A program made the position numbers and the translations under genes. From positions 1 through 6,779 of IMG/VR virus record IMGVR_UViG_2693429713_000022: DNA of 6,779 bases; one strand, written 5' to 3'. The stretch is from a virus. Lineage: Duplodnaviria; Heunggongvirae; Uroviricota; Caudoviricetes. Under the pieces are notes generated by a model, which searched no databases, had not been told where the DNA came from, and worked only from the letters and a program-made list of their open reading frames with translations. Shown here piece after piece: positions 1 to 5,589 of the stretch; within the stretch, counting starts at the first letter, position 1; every line of letters begins with the position of its first letter.

Positions 1-12
1 GGTTTGGGAGAA
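1..12. other. Inner half of a candidate Din-family crossover site (site A); core and outer arm would lie just upstream of the window
   Basis: GGTTTGGGAGAA is the exact reverse complement of the 12-bp arm TTCTCCCAAACC found in sites B and C. Only half the site is visible, so this is provisional. Confidence 0.45.
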
Positions 13-453
13 GCGGCAAAACGAAATGTGGGCAACGGGGAAAACCAAATCCCTGATATGTCTTTCTGGACGGTTACTGGTGGCAATGGAAATTTTGTGA
101 TTCGTCAACCTGACGGGCTAATCATTCAGATGGTTACTGTAAGTATAAGCGGTCCAGTGGCGATGAATGGAATGACTGATAATGCTTATGCCATTACAGG
201 TTCTAATAAGTCTTATATTGCCACAGCCACATTGCCCTTTGTATTTCCTAATAAGGTGCTGGGCGTTATCCCTCTGGTATCAACAACAGCTTATGGTGGT
301 GTATCCAGTAATATTACAGGTTCATACGCGACGGCGGTTTGTTCTTTTGCCGCTGTCAGGGGGAATAATACGATTGTGTTCAAAGTCGACAAACCACTGA
401 ATGCAGCCTTTCCTTCAGATACCAGCGTCTCAGCGTTAATCATTGGACGGTAA
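1..453 (+). CDS. Tail-fibre protein, C-terminal receptor-binding cassette (partial; 5' part of the gene lies upstream of the window); left copy of the inverted repeat
   Basis: Open frame from position 1 (GLGEAAKRNVG...ALIIGR) ending at TAA 451-453, followed 2 nt later by a Tfa-family gene, the usual tail-fibre/chaperone pairing. The same 149 aa are encoded on the minus strand at 2512-2958. Gly/Ser/Thr/Asn-rich composition typical of fibre distal domains. No start codon in the window. Confidence 0.8.
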   Translation, partial: GLGEAAKRNVGNGENQIPDMSFWTVTGGNGNFVIRQPDGLIIQMVTVSISGPVAMNGMTDNAYAITGSNKSYIATATLPFVFPNKVLGVIPLVSTTAYGGVSSNITGSYATAVCSFAAVRGNNTIVFKVDKPLNAAFPSDTSVSALIIGR

Positions 454-455
454 GA

Positions 456-899
456 ATGAACTCAGTATTCTTTTCACCCGCAAGTAAAAGTTTTTATCTG
501 CAAGAATTGTTTCCAGAATATGAGGATGCGGGAACGCTTCCTGATGATGTTATTGAAATTACCAGAGAAACATATGAGCAATTTCTTGGGCTGCATCCAG
601 AAGGGAAAGAAATTGGCGCTGACAGTTCAGGACGGCCAATATGGATTAATTCCCCGCCGCCTTCAAAAGAGGATGAGATGCTGGCGGCTGAAATGAAAAA
701 GATATCTTTGGTTTCAGAAGTCAATACCTACATCAATACCCATCAGTGGCCTGGCAAAGCTGCTATTGGTCGTCTGAAAGGTTACGAGCTGGAACAATAT
801 AATTTATGGCTGGATTATCTGGACGCACTGGAACTGGTTGATACCTCCAGTGCTCCAGATATTGAATGGCCTACGCCTCCGGTAGTTCAGGCCAGATGA
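456..899 (+). CDS. Tail-fibre assembly protein (Tfa family), 147 aa
   Basis: ATG at 456, 2 nt after the fibre stop. C-terminal motif [26 protein letters not shown] resembles the conserved Tfa/Mu-U-type C-terminus and is shared in pattern with the convergent Tfa gene ([28 protein letters not shown]). Its first 54 codons lie inside IR-L. Confidence 0.8.
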   Translation: MNSVFFSPASKSFYLQELFPEYEDAGTLPDDVIEITRETYEQFLGLHPEGKEIGADSSGRPIWINSPPPSKEDEMLAAEMKKISLVSEVNTYINTHQWPGKAAIGRLKGYELEQYNLWLDYLDALELVDTSSAPDIEWPTPPVVQAR

Positions 900-1476
900 C
901 ATCCGGCGCGGTGCTGGTATCTGTTGCAGTCACCGCGTCAATGTAATCCAGCACAGCGTTAAGCCGGGTTGTTTCTGCCTGCGTCAGCTTCCGCCCGGCC
1001 TGCAATTTCAGCTGAATCAGACTAATGGAAGCCATAGCAGCATCAATCAGTGACTGGCGCCGTACTTCTGCCGCGTCTACTGCGGCGTTATGCTGTGCCT
1101 CAGTATCGGTCACCCATTTCTCACCATCCCATTTATCGTATGACGTTAACGGGGCGATAGTGGTTGTATTTTCAGGGTAATCACCCGGAACTGTGATTTC
1201 TTTTGATTCTCCTGTTTCGGTGCTATAGACGATTTCACCGCGATGGTCTGGCACATATTCCCATGAGTTAAAATCTGCAGAACGGCAAATTGCATAACCA
1301 GCTTTATATGAGCCAGGAGCATCTAAACAGGAACATGCCGGGATACCAACACCCACAGCAAGATATTCAGTTGATGTGGAAATATATTCCCGTGTTTCAC
1401 CATCATAATTATAAACGGTAATGTCTCCGGCCTTTGTGGCGATGAGTTCATTATTTAATACAGCTTTACTTATCAT
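871..1476 (-). CDS. Tail-fibre assembly protein (Tfa family), 201 aa, partner of the 253-aa fibre gene
   Basis: Start ATG (minus strand) at 1474-1476 overlaps the TGA stop of the upstream fibre gene as ATGA (1473-1476), suggesting translational coupling. Conserved Tfa C-terminal motif. Its 3' end overlaps the convergent Tfa gene by 29 bp (871-899). Confidence 0.8.
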   Translation of the reverse strand: MISKAVLNNELIATKAGDITVYNYDGETREYISTSTEYLAVGVGIPACSCLDAPGSYKAGYAICRSADFNSWEYVPDHRGEIVYSTETGESKEITVPGDYPENTTTIAPLTSYDKWDGEKWVTDTEAQHNAAVDAAEVRRQSLIDAAMASISLIQLKLQAGRKLTQAETTRLNAVLDYIDAVTATDTSTAPDVIWPELPEA

Positions 1477-2234
1477 GCAGCCCTCACAATATAATTAAAG
1501 GCGATGTTACGGGAGCGGGTTTCAGATGCTGTGCGAACTGAGCGAGATGCGTCGAATGTCCAGTTATAAGCGCCATAACCCTCAATAATTTCGGCTTCCT
1601 TTAGACCTGTAGATAATACTTGCCCATGTTGACTAAATGGCCCTGAACTAAGTACGTCTCTAAAAAGCTGGGTACGCCCAAAAGAACCAACAATATTCTG
1701 AATTGCATCATTCTGTGCAGATAATAAGTTACGACCAGAGTCAATCCCGCGCCCATCATCCCAGCCACGAATAAATTCACCGCGTAAATCTGGTAATTTT
1801 AATGTTGGGTAAGCCTTTGCCAGATTTGGGTACTTTTCAGAAGAAAATACTGCTCCGTTACATTTTAGCCACCCCGTTGGCGGAGTGGCGGAAGGCCACG
1901 GAACAGGCACACCAACGGGTAATGCCGAACCTTCTCCCAAACCAAGGTTTTCGAGAGCCGTTTTCACCGTGCCATCAGATTTGATATCGCCAAACGGATT
2001 CTTGCGGCTTAACAGCAGCGCACGAAGCGCGGTAAGCAGCTGGTCATGCCGCCCCTTCTCCAGGCTGGCACCGGATGCCTCCACCACGCTGCAGAGTTCT
2101 TCCTGCAACATGTCAAAGTAGTCATCATCCAGATCGGTGGCAGGTGTGCCGGTCTGGGGGTTACCACGGGTAAAACCGTTCTTACCCGCGCCGAACTTAT
2201 CCTTCTGCGCGGTTTTCGTGTCTATACGATGCAT
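1473..2234 (-). CDS. Small tail-fibre protein, 253 aa, with N-terminal fibre-attachment-type motif and phage tail-collar-like domain
   Basis: GGAG ribosome-binding site (plus-strand CTCC 2241-2244) 6 nt upstream of ATG 2232-2234. N-terminus [21 protein letters not shown]...[20 protein letters not shown] resembles conserved tail-fibre N-termini of the Mu S / P2 H type. The segment [12 protein letters not shown]...YPNLAKAYP...[17 protein letters not shown] (about 1746-1901) matches the tail-collar signature as I remember it. Crossover site B lies inside the gene at codons about 93-101. Confidence 0.8.
   Translation of the reverse strand: MHRIDTKTAQKDKFGAGKNGFTRGNPQTGTPATDLDDDYFDMLQEELCSVVEASGASLEKGRHDQLLTALRALLLSRKNPFGDIKSDGTVKTALENLGLGEGSALPVGVPVPWPSATPPTGWLKCNGAVFSSEKYPNLAKAYPTLKLPDLRGEFIRGWDDGRGIDSGRNLLSAQNDAIQNIVGSFGRTQLFRDVLSSGPFSQHGQVLSTGLKEAEIIEGYGAYNWTFDASRSVRTASETRSRNIAFNYIVRAA
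1932..1957. other. Candidate Din-family (gix/hix/cix/pix-type) 26-bp crossover site B
   Basis: TTCTCCCAAACC-AA-GGTTTTCGAGAG: two 12-bp imperfect inverted arms (9 of 12 positions symmetric) around a 2-bp AA core with the AAACC/GGTTT inner motif. It matches the hixL sequence I recall (TTCTTGAAAACCAAGGTTTTTGATAA) at about 20 of 26 positions. It sits at the constant/variable junction of the fibre gene, encoding ...ENLGLGE... on the minus strand. Confidence 0.65.
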
Positions 2235-2257
2235 GGATTACTCCGGATATTTAAAAA

Positions 2258-2509
2258 TTACGTAGGTATGCGAAGGGCAGAGTTTGTTAAGCACACACTC
2301 GACAACGGTGTCGCCCCAGATACGCAGTGCGGAATCACAGGGATCACGCCAATTTCTTTCCCTTCTGGATGCAGCCCAAGAAATTGCTCATATGTTTCTC
2401 TGGTAATTTCAATAACATCATCAGGAAGCGTTCCCGCATCCTCATATTCTGGAAACAATTCTTGCAGATAAAAACTTTTACTTGCGGGTGAAAAGAATAC
2501 TGAGTTCAT
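2258..2509 (-). pseudogene. Truncated Tfa remnant: 54 N-terminal codons from IR-R fused to 29 unrelated codons
   Basis: The first 54 aa are identical to the Tfa gene at 456-617. After the inverted-repeat boundary (2347/2346) the frame continues into unrelated sequence ([29 protein letters not shown]) and stops at 2258-2260, 83 aa total versus 147 aa for the intact copy. Confidence 0.55.
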
Positions 2510-2964
2510 TCTTACCGTCCAATGATTAACGCTGAGACGCTGGTATCTGAAGGAAAGGCTGCATTCAGTGGTTTGTCGACTTTGAACACAATCGTATTAT
2601 TCCCCCTGACAGCGGCAAAAGAACAAACCGCCGTCGCGTATGAACCTGTAATATTACTGGATACACCACCATAAGCTGTTGTTGATACCAGAGGGATAAC
2701 GCCCAGCACCTTATTAGGAAATACAAAGGGCAATGTGGCTGTGGCAATATAAGACTTATTAGAACCTGTAATGGCATAAGCATTATCAGTCATTCCATTC
2801 ATCGCCACTGGACCGCTTATACTTACAGTAACCATCTGAATGATTAGCCCGTCAGGTTGACGAATCACAAAATTTCCATTGCCACCAGTAACCGTCCAGA
2901 AAGACATATCAGGGATTTGGTTTTCCCCGTTGCCCACATTTCGTTTTGCCGCTTCTCCCAAACC
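2347..2964. repeat. Inverted repeat, right copy (IR-R), partner of 1-618
   Basis: See IR-L. The outer end at 2964 is set by the window start (position 1 pairs with 2964) and coincides with the end of the 12-bp arm of crossover site C, so the repeat may end at the recombination site. Confidence 0.9.
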
Positions 2965-3006
2965 AACGTTTATGAAAATGCAGAAATAACGAGCAAATGG
3001 CATCAT
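2512..3006 (-). CDS. Tail-fibre C-terminal cassette, pin-proximal copy; apparently lacks an N-terminal constant part in this orientation (silent or fragment cassette)
   Basis: Encodes the same 149 aa as 1-453 on the minus strand. The ORF extends only 14 codons beyond crossover site C to an ATG at 3004-3006 (MMPFARYFCIFINV...) with no fibre-like N-terminal domain. This resembles the short fibre fragment gene next to pin in e14, as I recall it. Confidence 0.6.
   Translation of the reverse strand: MMPFARYFCIFINVGLGEAAKRNVGNGENQIPDMSFWTVTGGNGNFVIRQPDGLIIQMVTVSISGPVAMNGMTDNAYAITGSNKSYIATATLPFVFPNKVLGVIPLVSTTAYGGVSSNITGSYATAVCSFAAVRGNNTIVFKVDKPLNAAFPSDTSVSALIIGR
2953..2978. other. Candidate Din-family crossover site C, next to the invertase gene
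   Basis: TTCTCCCAAACC-AA-CGTTTATGAAAA: left arm and AA core identical to site B, right arm more degenerate. It lies 55 bp upstream of the invertase start, the position where gix/cix-type sites sit relative to gin/cin. On the minus strand it encodes ...INVGLGE... in the same frame as site B. Confidence 0.6.
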
Positions 3007-3032
3007 TCCTGCTTTTGTCAGGGAGATCTACC

Positions 3033-3587
3033 ATGCTTATTGGCTATGTACGTGTGTCAACAAATGACCAGAACACAGATCTACAACGTAATGCGCTGAA
3101 CTGTGCAGGATGCGAGCTGATTTTTGAAGACAAGATAAGCGGTACAAAGTCCGAAAGGCCGGGACTGAAAAAACTGCTCAGGACATTATCGGCAGGCGAT
3201 ACGCTGGTGGTCTGGAAACTGGACCGACTGGGGCGCAGTATGCGGCATCTTGTCGTGCTGGTGGAGGAGTTGCGCGAACGAGGCATCAACTTTCGTAGTC
3301 TGACGGATTCAATTGATACCAGTACCCCAATGGGGCGCTTTTTCTTTCATGTGATGGGGGCCCTGGCTGAAATGGAACGAGAACTGATTGTTGAACGAAC
3401 AAAAGCTGGACTGGAAGCTGCTCGCGCACAGGGACGAATTGGTGGACGTCGTCCCAAACTTACACCAGAACAATGGGCACAAGCCGGACGATTAATTGCA
3501 TCAGGAGTTCCGCGCCAGAAAGTTGCGATTATCTATGATGTTGGCGTATCGACTTTGTATCAGAGGTTTCCGGCAGGAGATAAATAA
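3033..3587 (+). CDS. pin: Serine DNA invertase of the Pin/Gin/Cin/Hin (Din) family, 184 aa
   Basis: N-terminus MLIGYVRVSTNDQNTDLQRNAL is the hallmark Din-invertase start, with the catalytic serine at residue 9 (codon 3057-3059). The rest is near-collinear with Gin/Cin as I remember them (GDTLVVWKLDRLGRSM, GRFFFHVMGALAEMERELI, and a C-terminal HTH region GVPRQKVAIIYDVGVSTLYQRF). GGGAG ribosome-binding site at 3021-3025, 7 nt before the ATG. The track ORF starts at 2997, but 3033 is the supported start. Family assignment is confident; the pin symbol is by context (e14-like neighbours), not proven orthology. Confidence 0.93.
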   Translation: MLIGYVRVSTNDQNTDLQRNALNCAGCELIFEDKISGTKSERPGLKKLLRTLSAGDTLVVWKLDRLGRSMRHLVVLVEELRERGINFRSLTDSIDTSTPMGRFFFHVMGALAEMERELIVERTKAGLEAARAQGRIGGRRPKLTPEQWAQAGRLIASGVPRQKVAIIYDVGVSTLYQRFPAGDK

Positions 3588-3785
3588 AGACACAGCTCGT
3601 CGAATTCAAGAACGTGTGAGCCAATCTCATGATGATTCATTATTTTCACATAGAGTCAATGACAAAAAACGGCTGCAAGGTAAACCACAACGATGGCTTT
3701 GTTAATTGATAGCGGTTTTGGTACTAAATGATACAAATTAAAATGAATATCCTAGTGAATTACAACAATTTCAGGAGGAAATAGT

Positions 3786-3998
3786 ATGCCAAGAAAAACG
3801 CTAGAAAATTTGGTAAATGTTGCACGTCAGACTCAGGAAATAGCGGATAAGAGAAGCCGTTTTTTCGGGTATCTTGAACAGCATGGCTTGAAGAGGAATG
3901 AGGATAGTGCTCACCTTTTTGCTATGCATTTACGGTTGCAACACAATGAAAGAGATAATCTTGTCCATGAACTGATGTCCGGATTACATCATAAATAG
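3786..3998 (+). CDS. Hypothetical small protein, 70 aa, basic and His-rich; function unknown
   Basis: Strong AGGAGG ribosome-binding site at 3773-3778, 7 nt before ATG 3786. AT-rich. Convergent with the two-gene operon. I recognise no family. Confidence 0.5.
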   Translation: MPRKTLENLVNVARQTQEIADKRSRFFGYLEQHGLKRNEDSAHLFAMHLRLQHNERDNLVHELMSGLHHK

Positions 3999-4032
3999 TG
4001 CATCATTCGAGCAAGAATATTATAAGACAATA

Positions 4033-4055
4033 AACCAGCCAAAAACTGGCTGGTT
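4033..4055. terminator. Candidate bidirectional intrinsic terminator between convergent genes
   Basis: Hairpin AACCAGCC(A)-loop-(T)GGCTGGTT with an 8-9 bp stem, flanked by T-rich sequence on the minus-strand side (TATTGTCTTATAAT) and a TTTTT run 10 nt away on the plus-strand side. Lies between the 70-aa gene stop (3998) and the 114-aa gene stop (4083). U tracts are imperfect. Confidence 0.5.
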
Positions 4056-4082
4056 GAACGTTAACTTTTTGAATTTAATCAA

Positions 4083-4427
4083 TTAACTTTGGTGTATGTC
4101 TTGGTAAGTCTCATCCGTCAGAGCCAATTTCATGCAAATATCATCGTTAAGACTGACAATATCTTCGATCAGTTTATTGATCTCGAAATCGTTAAGTTTT
4201 GATACTGTTGCTTGAACTCGCCCCTCATCGCCAGTGGCATCAAACTTAGTCAGTTCCTTACATAATTCATCGAACCTGCTTTGTAAGGCATTTGGAATAT
4301 CATCGGCTGTTTTAAGATGCCCAAGGCTAAAAACATACGAATTAATCAAGCGTTCTTGAATACTTCCATGGCCCGCAAGAGTAAGTACTGCAGTATGAAA
4401 TTTTTCATGTGCATACTTTAAGGACAT
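4083..4427 (-). CDS. Hypothetical protein, 114 aa, mildly acidic; second gene of the cargo operon
   Basis: GGAGA ribosome-binding site (plus-strand TCTCC 4434-4438) 6 nt before ATG 4425-4427. Lies 51 bp downstream of the 343-aa gene on the same strand. AT-rich. No recognisable motif. Confidence 0.6.
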   Translation of the reverse strand: MSLKYAHEKFHTAVLTLAGHGSIQERLINSYVFSLGHLKTADDIPNALQSRFDELCKELTKFDATGDEGRVQATVSKLNDFEINKLIEDIVSLNDDICMKLALTDETYQDIHQS

Positions 4428-4478
4428 ATCTGGTCTCCGTGACTTATAACCTCAACCGACATAAATGGGGTTAAGTGA

Positions 4479-5510
4479 TTATTCTGAAACAATAGTGTTG
4501 AACTGACCTATAGAAACAGCACCCTTTTCAATTACCTCTAAGTAACTGATTTTAATATGAGAGTTGTTTGACAAAGCGTCAACAATAGCTGTCAACTCAT
4601 CTTGGGTGATAACATCAGCTGAAGCTTTGATTGTGAAGCATTCGTCATTAGAGACCCTAACAACGTTAATATTAATATCCTGATTTGTTGGCCCTGTTCT
4701 GGTTACACCTTTGATGGAAAATATATCAGTTCGTTCTTTACGTTCTCTATCTACAGATTGTCGGCTGTTGTAGGTATTTAGGTCTTGTCGTGTTAGTTTC
4801 TCATTTCCTAAAGTCACGGTTTCGACAGTAGGATCAGCAGCTAATTGCTTCACTAAAGCACTTTTACCTGCTTGTCCGTGACTAGTAACTTTATCGCTAA
4901 TCGCTGATTTCCCATAGATTTTATAATCTAATGTTGCTTCTATGGCTTTGTTTATGCCATCGGATGTGGTTTTTGCAATTTCAACCTGCCGATCAGTTGC
5001 ATGTCTTTCTGTTACGGCATTTTCTGAAATGTAGTGATAACCACATGTGCTGGCCGCGCCAACCATTGTGATTATAACAAGCATTTTCTGCCAGCCGTTC
5101 AGTCCAGACATAGTATCTCGCAAAAAATCAGTTACTGCGTTGATGATCTTGTCAGTGGTGCCTTCCGCATCACTAGAACCTTCGCTAATTTTAAAATTTA
5201 TATCAAGTCGTTGCTTGTCTTCATTAGTCAAGCGTTGAAGATTCTGCGATCCGTATCGTATGGTTGCAAACGCCCGCTGTATCTCCTCGTTGAGCATTGA
5301 CATACCAAACAACATTGCTGATGTAATTGATGAATGATACCGCTCTCCTTTTACATTTATGTCTAAGGATGGCCAGCCTGCAAACTTTACGTTAGGGAAA
5401 ATAAACTCTTTAGAATCAAGCCCCTCTCGGGCTTTCATTTCTTCCAGAAAGTTTAGAAAATCATCTTCACTACGGATCAGAAAATCAATCGAATCCACAG
5501 TAGCTTCCAT
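4479..5510 (-). CDS. Hypothetical protein, 343 aa, with a central hydrophobic (possible membrane) segment; first gene of the cargo operon
   Basis: Long ORF in an AT-rich region. AAGGA ribosome-binding site (plus-strand TCCTT 5518-5522) 7 nt before ATG 5508-5510. Hydrophobic stretch GWQKMLVIITMVGAASTCGYHYI at about residues 139-161 (roughly 5028-5096). No catalytic motif I can name. Confidence 0.75.
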   Translation of the reverse strand: MEATVDSIDFLIRSEDDFLNFLEEMKAREGLDSKEFIFPNVKFAGWPSLDINVKGERYHSSITSAMLFGMSMLNEEIQRAFATIRYGSQNLQRLTNEDKQRLDINFKISEGSSDAEGTTDKIINAVTDFLRDTMSGLNGWQKMLVIITMVGAASTCGYHYISENAVTERHATDRQVEIAKTTSDGINKAIEATLDYKIYGKSAISDKVTSHGQAGKSALVKQLAADPTVETVTLGNEKLTRQDLNTYNSRQSVDRERKERTDIFSIKGVTRTGPTNQDININVVRVSNDECFTIKASADVITQDELTAIVDALSNNSHIKISYLEVIEKGAVSIGQFNTIVSE

Positions 5511-5560
5511 ATGAATATCCTTATTAAATTCTCATTCGGTTACTGTTTATTGTTGACTGA

Positions 5561-5589
5561 TCAATAAAAAAGCCCGCAATTTGCGGGCT
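5561..5589 (-). terminator. Rho-independent terminator on the minus strand, downstream of ssrA and directly upstream of the cargo operon
   Basis: Minus strand reads GCCCGCAA-ATT-TTGCGGGC (stem from 5571-5589) followed by TTTTTTATTGA (5570-5561). Confidence 0.65.

Larger units (their letters stand above)
1..618. repeat. Inverted repeat, left copy (IR-L), partner of 2347-2964
   Basis: Three reading frames give identical translations in both copies (149-aa fibre cassette; 72-aa alternative-frame ORFs 182-400 vs 2565-2783; antisense ORF tails 494-724 vs 2046-2471). Spot checks at both ends match base for base (1-30 vs 2935-2964; 581-618 vs 2347-2384). Identity ends between 618 and 619, mirrored at 2347/2346. 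Confidence 0.9.

Noticed and set aside
182-400. 72-aa ORF on the plus strand, with an identical twin at 2565-2783 on the minus strand
   Set aside because: Alternative-frame ORF nested inside the tail-fibre cassette. The twin is explained by the inverted repeat, not by a conserved gene, and it has no ribosome-binding site. Useful only as evidence of nucleotide identity between repeat arms.
494-724. 76-aa antisense ORF within the Tfa gene, and the related 141-aa ORF at 2046-2471 (+)
   Set aside because: Antisense to better-supported genes; the shared C-terminal tails simply mirror the inverted repeat; low-complexity Ser-rich translation.
1802-2121. Two plus-strand ORFs (60 and 78 aa) inside the 253-aa fibre gene
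   Set aside because: Antisense to a gene with clear fibre N-terminal and collar-like motifs; Pro/Ser/Ala-rich translations typical of spurious frames.
2997-3032. N-terminal extension of the invertase ORF (MASFLLLSGRST) given in the ORF track
   Set aside because: Din-family invertases begin MLIGYVRVS..., and the GGGAG site at 3021-3025 serves the ATG at 3033; the upstream ATG has no ribosome-binding site.
2857-3099. 80-aa plus-strand ORF spanning IR-R, crossover site C and the invertase start
   Set aside because: Runs through a recombination site and overlaps the invertase start out of frame; no ribosome-binding site; the invertase frame beginning at 3033 is far better supported.
3044-3289. 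81-aa minus-strand ORF antisense to the invertase gene
   Set aside because: Embedded antisense in a highly conserved gene; Ser/Arg-rich low-complexity translation.
3496-3705. 69-aa plus-strand ORF overlapping the invertase 3' end
   Set aside because: Begins with a non-ATG (TTG) codon inside the invertase gene in another frame, has no Shine-Dalgarno, and runs into intergenic sequence; most likely spurious. A small regulatory peptide cannot be fully excluded.
4848-4877. P-loop-like GQAGKS motif in the 343-aa protein (about residues 210-219)
   Set aside because: Does not fit the canonical Walker A pattern GxxxxGK[ST] (position -5 is Ser) and no Walker B was evident; treated as coincidence unless structure prediction says otherwise.
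5034-5300. Two plus-strand ORFs (88 and 63 aa) antisense to the 343-aa gene
   Set aside because: Fully nested antisense in an AT-rich gene where random ORFs are frequent; no ribosome-binding sites.
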